Source of the DNA: Gammaproteobacteria bacterium
GTDB lineage: Bacteria > Pseudomonadota > Gammaproteobacteria > Natronospirales > REEB76
Assembly: GCA_028870845.1 (NCBI GenBank)
Contig: JAGWOR010000006.1
Coordinates: 12,065 to 76,064 of the forward strand
DNA length: 64,000 bases
Direction: 5' to 3'
Made by a program: the position numbers and the translations under genes. Positions 57,375-64,000 of the stretch are shown here, in pieces (position 1 is the stretch's first letter; each line of letters begins with the position of its first letter). Under the pieces are notes generated by a model. That model searched no databases. It was not told the origin of the DNA and saw only the letters and a list, made by a program, of their open reading frames with translations.

Positions 57375-59570
57375 TTGCTTCGCTTCAACAGACCCGCTTT
57401 GTCACTGATGCTTGCCGCACTATCGTCACCTGCCGCCTTTGGCCAGCCGCCGCGGTTTGTCCCGCCAACGGTAACAGCCGGCGTCAAAACCGGACCAATC
57501 ACTTTGGACGGCAAGCTTGATGAGCCGGCCTGGAAAACCGCGCCGGTGATCACGCTCACCCAGCAAAATCCGCACCCTGGCGAGCCGACGCCTTTCAAAA
57601 CCACGGTACGCATCCTTCGCGGTCGGCATCACCTGTATTTCGGCATCGTCTGCCAGGATCCCCATCCAGACAAGATTGAAGTGCACACCTTGCAACGCGA
57701 TGGCGATCAATCAAGCGACGACAACGTCATGATCGTACTCGACAGCTTTGACCAGCATAAACTCGCCTATGCCTTTCAGGTAAATGCCGGCGGCGCCATG
57801 GCCGATGGCCTGATTTCACCCGGCTACTACAACGGCAACAGCAACACTCCCACGGTGGATTACAGCTGGAACGGCTATTGGCGGACCGCCGTCGGACATA
57901 CTTCGACGGGTTGGACGGCTGAAATCGCCATCGATACCCAGAGCCTGCAGTTTACCGACCGCCATGCCAGCTGGGGACTTAATGTCAGCCGCTATGTGCC
58001 CCGCAAACAACTCACCCTGGCCTGGTCAGGCATCAATCTCAATGCCACAGCCACTAATCTCCAATGGGAAGGCACCCTGAACGGCATCCAGCACCTGAGC
58101 CAGGGCAGTGGTCTGGAATTCGACCCCTATCTGGTGACCGAATACAGCGACACCAAGCATGACACCGCGAGCTGGACGGGTTTTGACCTGAAATACAATT
58201 TCACACCCGAACTGGCCGGCCGCTTCACTTACCACACGGATTTTTCAGAAGCCCAGGCGAACTCACAGCAGATTAATGGCTCTCCCTATCCGCAAACCAT
58301 CCCGGAAACACGCGCGTTCTTCCTGGATGGAGCGAATATTTTCACTTTCAGCCATAACCTGGGCCAGAATTTCATACCCTTCTATTCGCGCAACATCGGC
58401 CTCATCAACGGCGAAACCGTACCGCTTAATGAAGGCGTCAAGCTGCTGGGCCACACCGACGGCTGGACCCTGGGTCTGTTGGACACCCAAATGGCGGGAA
58501 CTCCATATTCCGACGCCACCAACCTGTTTGCCGGGCGCGCGGTATACAACGTCAATAACCAGTGGCGCGTGGGCACACTCTTTACCCATGGCGATCCCTT
58601 GGGGCAGTCCAGCAATACGCTCGCCAGCTTCGATACCACCTGGAGCACTTCCAGCTTCAATAGTGACAAGAATCTGAATGTGTCCGCCTGGGGCGCGCGT
58701 TCCTACGGCAACCTGCCGTCCGGCACCCCCAACGGCTACGGCTTTGACCTGGAATATCCCAATGACCTGTGGTACGCGGACATCAACTACAATTATTTCG
58801 GCGACGCGCTGAACCCGGCCCTGGGGTTCATCCAGCGTCCCGGCACCAAACAAACCTACATGGATGCCACATACCAGCCGCGCCCTGATGCCGGCAGCAT
58901 CTTCTCCTGGGTGCGGCAGTTCTTTTTCAACGCCAATTGGTATTACGTGTCCGGCCTGGATGGCGGCATGCAAAGCAACGACTGGTCATTCACACCCATT
59001 CAATTTACAACTCAAACAGGCTGGACAGCGCAATATCGCGTGCAACCCAGCTATGAGGTGCTGGCCACTCCTTACCAGATTCTGCCCAGCGTGACCTATC
59101 CCGCAGGCGCCTACTACTTCACCACCAATCATGTGGCTTTTTCCACCCCCGCATCGGACCCGCTGGTGTATTCCATGTCGGGAGAATTTGGCGGGCTATA
59201 TGATGGCCACTATCACGACCTCGTGCCGCAGTTATCCTGGGCCACACCCGGCGGCCACTTCAATGCGAGTATCGCCCTCGGCACCATCTGGCTTTACACG
59301 CCGGGCGGCAACGGCATCCTGAGATTCGGACAGATGAACCTGGGCTACTCATTCACGCCGGATCTGACGCTCTCGACCCTCACCCAGTACAACAACATCA
59401 GTCACAACGTGTCTGAAAACGCCATTCTCCAATGGAATATCCTATCCGACCGCATCCTGTATCTGGTCTGGAGCCATGGGCTCACGCTGAATCCCAACCT
59501 GCTGCAAGGTGGCCAGCAGACAGTTAGCGGCAATACCTTGGTGTTCAAGATAATTTGGGGTTTCTATTGA
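57375..59570 (+). CDS. Outer-membrane protein with an N-terminal CBM9-like domain and DUF5916-type barrel
   Basis: GGAGGA lies 6 nt before the TTG start. Signal peptide, ITLDGKLDEPAWKTAP (CBM9-like), a long beta-rich region and the C-terminus ...KIIWGFY. Confidence 0.6.
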   Translation: MLRFNRPALSLMLAALSSPAAFGQPPRFVPPTVTAGVKTGPITLDGKLDEPAWKTAPVITLTQQNPHPGEPTPFKTTVRILRGRHHLYFGIVCQDPHPDKIEVHTLQRDGDQSSDDNVMIVLDSFDQHKLAYAFQVNAGGAMADGLISPGYYNGNSNTPTVDYSWNGYWRTAVGHTSTGWTAEIAIDTQSLQFTDRHASWGLNVSRYVPRKQLTLAWSGINLNATATNLQWEGTLNGIQHLSQGSGLEFDPYLVTEYSDTKHDTASWTGFDLKYNFTPELAGRFTYHTDFSEAQANSQQINGSPYPQTIPETRAFFLDGANIFTFSHNLGQNFIPFYSRNIGLINGETVPLNEGVKLLGHTDGWTLGLLDTQMAGTPYSDATNLFAGRAVYNVNNQWRVGTLFTHGDPLGQSSNTLASFDTTWSTSSFNSDKNLNVSAWGARSYGNLPSGTPNGYGFDLEYPNDLWYADINYNYFGDALNPALGFIQRPGTKQTYMDATYQPRPDAGSIFSWVRQFFFNANWYYVSGLDGGMQSNDWSFTPIQFTTQTGWTAQYRVQPSYEVLATPYQILPSVTYPAGAYYFTTNHVAFSTPASDPLVYSMSGEFGGLYDGHYHDLVPQLSWATPGGHFNASIALGTIWLYTPGGNGILRFGQMNLGYSFTPDLTLSTLTQYNNISHNVSENAILQWNILSDRILYLVWSHGLTLNPNLLQGGQQTVSGNTLVFKIIWGFY

Positions 59571-59967
59571 AACTTGCACTGCTTGCGCCGCAGTTGGCCG
59601 ATTAATTCACATCTGACCACGGCATTCGTTCACTGCAAACTAGCCGGACAGCGCATGCAGCCGGAAGCCAGGTATTTCGGATACCTGCGCCCGGTTTAGA
59701 CGCCCGCCTGTCGAGATCATTAATGACATCACAACTAATACGCCATCCCTGTGGCGTAGCGTGATCGGCAAACCTTAGCCCATCTGCCGGACCGGCTGCG
59801 GGACGGTGAAAATCCTGGTGCGGGCCTCGAAATAAGAAATGAATCGGAGTTATTTCAAGCGCATGCCGGAATAATTGAGCTATACAGTCATCATGTATAA
59901 GACACGGGCCGTTGGCGGGCATTGCTGTTATGCCACACGGTCCTGGAATCACCCTAGGAGCATGAAC

Positions 59968-60735
59968 ATGACTTACGTACAAATACAATCGATACCAACA
60001 CTGCATAAATGGCTACTGCCATTGCTGGGCGCGCTGCTGTTCGCCGCTGTTGCGCCGGTCCGCGCGGATCATCTGCCTCCGGGCATATTGGTCATCCATT
60101 TCCGCACCCCGCCCGATTACATGGAAAAGCCCGCAGGATCCGGTCCCTACACCAAACAGGACATCCAGGAAGCAATGCAGCTTGCCAAAATCGGCGATGC
60201 CGAAGCCCAATCCAATCTTGGCGTCATGCTGGCGAGCCGCGGTGAATATGCGAAAGCCGCGTACTGGGAAGAACAGGCCGCCAATGCCGGGCTGGACACC
60301 GCGGCCTACAACCTGGGCACCCTGTACTTCAATGGCCAGGGGTTTCCCAAGGATTACGTGACGGCACACCACTGGTTCATGCAGTCTGCGAATCGCGGAA
60401 ATATGTACGCAGAGTTCCAGCTGGCCATGACCTACAACACCGGACAGGGCGTGCAAAAGGATGCCGCCAAGGAAATCTACTGGTATGAAAAGGCCGCCCA
60501 CCAGGGACTGGCGCCCGCGCAATACAACCTGGCGGTGATTTACCACAACGGCGATGAGACTGCGCGTGATGATGTGAAAGCGTACGCCTGGATGCTGCTG
60601 GCGAAGAAAGGCGGTCTGGATGCCGGAGATGCCGTGAAAATCATTTCCCAGGGTATGTCACCCGCACAGATCCAGGCGGCGGAAAAGCTCAGCCACGACC
60701 TGGCGTCCGCGTCTGTTCAGGACATGCGGAAGTAA
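59968..60735 (+). CDS. Sel1-like (SLR) repeat protein, secreted
   Basis: Signal peptide LLPLLGALLFAAVAPVRA, then 4-5 SLR units (A.(Y/S)NLG..Y..G.G..KD...A..W(F/Y)..AA). Confidence 0.75.
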   Translation: MTYVQIQSIPTLHKWLLPLLGALLFAAVAPVRADHLPPGILVIHFRTPPDYMEKPAGSGPYTKQDIQEAMQLAKIGDAEAQSNLGVMLASRGEYAKAAYWEEQAANAGLDTAAYNLGTLYFNGQGFPKDYVTAHHWFMQSANRGNMYAEFQLAMTYNTGQGVQKDAAKEIYWYEKAAHQGLAPAQYNLAVIYHNGDETARDDVKAYAWMLLAKKGGLDAGDAVKIISQGMSPAQIQAAEKLSHDLASASVQDMRK

Positions 60736-60749
60736 GCCAGGCTGCTGGT

Positions 60750-62675
60750 TTATTTGTTCGGCGTGCACCCCGGCTGGTTCAGGTTTTGGGTCATTTCGAG
60801 GAACTGATGGTCGTCGCAAAGCGGATGCAGGCTGGGCCACACGCTGATGAACGGTATCAGGATACTGACGGCATGTTGTGTAACAGCGTTGCGCAGGGTC
60901 TCGAATGCTTGTTGGGGTTGCCCAAGGTGCATATACACATCGGCAACAAAAACCGCCCTTAACTTGTCAGTGGAAGACTGGGATGCGTTCGCGCCCGTAT
61001 ACCAGCGGAAATACCTGATCAGGGCCCGCTGCTTGCCGCCGGTGACTTGGGCGATGGCTGCCGGAGTTGCGCCGGAAACGCGCATTTCCTCAACTGCTTG
61101 CCGGCTGGCATCTGCATAACGACCCTCTCCCAACAGCGCGAGTATCAGCACATGGCGCGCGAATTCATCGTCTGGCATGAGATTTACCGCCGTGTGTGCG
61201 TACTGCACGGCTTTGTCGTATTGGCGGTCGATGAAAAACAGCAGGGCGGAATTCGCGGATAAGCGGATGGATACCGGGTCCAGGCTTTGCGCCATGGCCA
61301 TGGCCTGGCGCATCTCCTGGTTTTCACCCATGGCGGCGTAATAAGCAGCCTGTGCCTGCCAGGCCGCCGCACTCCCCGGATTATGCCGCAGTGCCTGTCT
61401 GATTTCGCCAGCGGCAGCAGTGAGATTCCACCGGTAAAACATGTCGAGTACGCCCTGCAGTAAATGTGCTTCCGAAGAATTGGCGTTCAATTTCAGCGCT
61501 TGATTCACAAGCTCGCTGGCGGTTTTAACCTGTACCTGGGATATGGTGGGTAGTGCCAGCAACGAACGTGCGCTGCACTCATAAGCAGCGCCGAATGATG
61601 GATCCAACTGCATGGAATGACGGCAATAATCGCCGGCCTTGTCGGCATTCCCCTGGACCAGCAGGTAACGGCCAAGCTGGTAGTCCAGGGCGGCTTGCCG
61701 GTTACTGGTGTATTCCAAAGGCTTGATGCTGGCTTCAGGATCCAGAATCCCCGTAACCTGATTGGCGATCTGCACGATGATTTGCTGAAACGCGGTATTC
61801 TGGAATTTACTGTCAAGATTGTAGTTGTTGCCCCATACATAGCTCTGATCAACGGACCGGATCAGGCGTGCGGAGATGCTCAAAATCCCCTGATTTTCTG
61901 TGATGCTGCCTTCCAGAACATACGAGGCGCCCAGTTCCTGGCCTATGGTTTTGATGGTTTTATCGCTGTTGACAAAATGCATGGTCGAAGTGTCTGCGAT
62001 TACCCCCAACCGGTCGGGTGATACCGGGCCAAGGAGATCGATTAAATCGCTGGCAATGGAAGCCCCAAGCACAGTATTGGTTGAGTTGGTTGAGAGATTG
62101 GCAAATGGCAGTACAGCAATCACCGGAATCTGCCTGGCTGGCGGTTTTCTGGAGAACATTTCCAGGGGGCTGCGCAGATAGGCAAACACCAGGGCCGCGA
62201 TGATTACCGCCAAAATCGCCCCGGCCGCCAGGGGATACTGCCAGCGCGATCCCCGGCTGGCCGCCGGCGGCGATTGCTGTGGTTGGGAAGCATGCTCCGC
62301 AGCCTCGTGTTTGACGACCGGTCTGCTGGCGTCGGCGGCGCTTACCGGATACACAAACTTGTATCCGCGCCGCGAGATCGTCTGGATGTAGCGGGTGCCG
62401 GTGGTGCCGTCATTCAGCGCGATGCGCAACTGCCGCATGCAGGCGCTGATGCCCTCTTCGAATTCCACCACCGTATGCGTGCCCCACAGACAGTGTCGGA
62501 TCTCTTCCCGTGACACGATGATGCCGGCATGGCTCAAAAGCAGGTTCAGCAGCTTGGCGACCTGCGGGCGCAATAGCTGGGTTTTTTGGCCGTCAAAGAG
62601 TTCGCCGCTGCGTGCATCGAACTCGAAATCGCCAAATACGAATCTCGTTTGTTGCGTGTCCAGGGCGTCAACCAT
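60750..62675 (-). CDS. ToxR/CadC-like membrane-anchored winged-helix transcriptional regulator with periplasmic TPR domain
   Basis: N-terminal OmpR/PhoB-type DNA-binding domain (FGDFEFD...LRPQVAKLLNLLL...IQTISRRGYKF), one TM segment (AAGAILAVIIAALVFAYL) and a periplasmic region with TPR-like repeats. Confidence 0.75.
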   Translation of the reverse strand: MVDALDTQQTRFVFGDFEFDARSGELFDGQKTQLLRPQVAKLLNLLLSHAGIIVSREEIRHCLWGTHTVVEFEEGISACMRQLRIALNDGTTGTRYIQTISRRGYKFVYPVSAADASRPVVKHEAAEHASQPQQSPPAASRGSRWQYPLAAGAILAVIIAALVFAYLRSPLEMFSRKPPARQIPVIAVLPFANLSTNSTNTVLGASIASDLIDLLGPVSPDRLGVIADTSTMHFVNSDKTIKTIGQELGASYVLEGSITENQGILSISARLIRSVDQSYVWGNNYNLDSKFQNTAFQQIIVQIANQVTGILDPEASIKPLEYTSNRQAALDYQLGRYLLVQGNADKAGDYCRHSMQLDPSFGAAYECSARSLLALPTISQVQVKTASELVNQALKLNANSSEAHLLQGVLDMFYRWNLTAAAGEIRQALRHNPGSAAAWQAQAAYYAAMGENQEMRQAMAMAQSLDPVSIRLSANSALLFFIDRQYDKAVQYAHTAVNLMPDDEFARHVLILALLGEGRYADASRQAVEEMRVSGATPAAIAQVTGGKQRALIRYFRWYTGANASQSSTDKLRAVFVADVYMHLGQPQQAFETLRNAVTQHAVSILIPFISVWPSLHPLCDDHQFLEMTQNLNQPGCTPNK

Positions 62676-62897
62676 ACGCTTGTCGGTCAGTACCTTAGCT
62701 GATGAAGCCAGAAAATAACCACATCATAACTCCGGATCATTTATAACTATCCGGGCCGGTAACAGTCTTATGCTGTTGCTGTCTGGTCCCACGGGAAGAC
62801 CATGAGCTTCTTTATAGCCCAAGCATCCGGTGCGTTCCTTGAATCAGCAATAATTTATAAATGAATAATAAAAGCCGCGGCGGATTGCATGGATGCA

Positions 62898-64000
62898 TCA
62901 CGCCCAAAGATGGATGTGCTTCAGTGGCGTGCCGGTATTGAACAGCACCACGGTTTCATCTCGTCCTATCCAGCCGCTGTCCAGCAGTTGTACCTGGGCA
63001 GCAAGCGTGGCGGCCCCTTCCAGACCCGGAAATACGCCGCTGCCCGCCGCCATGACACGGGCATATTCAAGCATCTGTCCGTCGTCTACGCTCACCCCGG
63101 TACCGTGGCTGTCACGCAGCACCTGCAGCATGAGGAAGTCACCAATCGCGGCCGGTACCCGCAGTCCGTCGGCGATGGTGCGGGCATTGCTCCAGGGTTC
63201 CGCACGCGTTGCATTTTCGCGCAGGGCCTTGACGATGGGTGCGCAGTTTTCCGCCTGCACACACACCATGCGCGGCCGTTCAGGCCCGATCATTCCCAAT
63301 TGCTCCATTTCGCCGAACGCCTTCCACATGCCGATCAGTCCGGTGCCGCCTCCGGCCGGGTAGATGATGACATCCGGAAGCCGCCAATCAAGTTGCTCAG
63401 CCAGCTCATAAGCCATGGTTTTTTTGCCTTCGACACGATACGGTTCCTTGAGCGTGCTGACATCGAACCAGCCGTAGCGTTCCACTCCCTCTCGCACCCG
63501 GCGTGCGCAATCGGTAATCAGACCATCCACCAAATCCACGCGCGCTGCGTAGCTGCGCGCTTCGGCGGCAAACGCCTTGGGTGCATCACTGGGAATGAAT
63601 ACGTGAGCCTGGAGTCCGGCGGCAGCGGAATAGGCGGCCAGGGCACTGCCGGCGTTGCCGGCACTGGGGATTGCCAGGGTCTTTGCTCCCAACTCCCAGG
63701 CCCGGCTGACGGCCATCGCCAGTCCGCGGGCCTTGAAACTTCCGGTGGGGTTCAGCGACTCATCCTTGATGTAGGTGGATGGACAGCCGATGCGCTCCCC
63801 GAAACGGGCCTTCAACAACGGCGTCCAGCCCTCGCCCAGCGCCAGCATGAAATCGTCATCCTGAAGCGGCAGCATTTCCTGGTACCGCCACATGTCGGCG
63901 CGCCGGCACGAGAGTGCGGCGCGGGTGAGGGTGCTGGCGGCCCTGGCGGTGTCGTAGCGGGCGAGCAGCGGCATGCCACAGGAGCTGCAAAGCTTCTGCA
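62898..64000 (-). CDS. thrC: Threonine synthase (PLP-dependent), 5' end outside the window
   Basis: Motifs NPTGSFKARG, PSAGNAGSALAAYSA and EGKKTMAYE. The frame stays open upstream of the Met at 63974 (...QKLCSSCGMPLL, a Zn-ribbon-like N-terminus), so the gene continues past 64000. Confidence 0.8.
   Translation of the reverse strand, partial: QKLCSSCGMPLLARYDTARAASTLTRAALSCRRADMWRYQEMLPLQDDDFMLALGEGWTPLLKARFGERIGCPSTYIKDESLNPTGSFKARGLAMAVSRAWELGAKTLAIPSAGNAGSALAAYSAAAGLQAHVFIPSDAPKAFAAEARSYAARVDLVDGLITDCARRVREGVERYGWFDVSTLKEPYRVEGKKTMAYELAEQLDWRLPDVIIYPAGGGTGLIGMWKAFGEMEQLGMIGPERPRMVCVQAENCAPIVKALRENATRAEPWSNARTIADGLRVPAAIGDFLMLQVLRDSHGTGVSVDDGQMLEYARVMAAGSGVFPGLEGAATLAAQVQLLDSGWIGRDETVVLFNTGTPLKHIHLWA

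Noticed and set aside
59602-60006. 134-aa minus-strand ORF in the spacer upstream of the Sel1-repeat gene.
   Set aside because: It overlaps the Sel1 gene start and signal peptide. It has no RBS, no motif and an odd composition.

Overview
High-GC proteobacterial chromosomal window (synteny resembles Pseudomonas and beta-proteobacteria). It is densely packed with about 55 protein genes, mostly housekeeping. These include pntAA-pntAB-pntB, priA, argS, ntrYX, rsmB-fmt-def, a LysM protein with dprA-smg-topA-tsaC-hemF, hemB, aroE, tag, ltaE and a partial thrC. There are also two ECF sigma modules and several large secreted or envelope proteins: a tricorn protease, a BNR/sortilin-like protein, a GH17-GT2 glucan synthase, an Omp85-like protein, a DUF4097 repeat protein and a CBM9/DUF5916 outer-membrane protein. 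I saw no rRNA, tRNA or CRISPR array. The one clearly foreign element is a group II intron (29424-31028, + strand) in the divergent def | lysM-dprA intergenic region. Its RNA boundaries are readable directly: 5' GUGCG, EBS1/EBS2 complementary to the flanking exon, a canonical 34-nt domain V, and domain VI with a bulged A. Its reverse-transcriptase ORF has been gutted, leaving only the C-terminal HNH tail. In its place sits an AT-richer two-gene cassette for small membrane proteins, with its own extended -10 promoter, structured leader, strong Shine-Dalgarno sites, ATGA coupling and a terminator. This is my best candidate for something undescribed. Secondary points are an inverted pair of perfect DnaA boxes just upstream of priA, a deoxyhypusine-synthase-like gene beside a polyamine-type antiporter, a GH17-GT2 gene convergent with GFA/Omp85, and an envelope cluster of beta-helix repeat proteins with a ToxR/CadC-like regulator. 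All functional calls rest on motif recognition in the supplied translations; no database search was possible.
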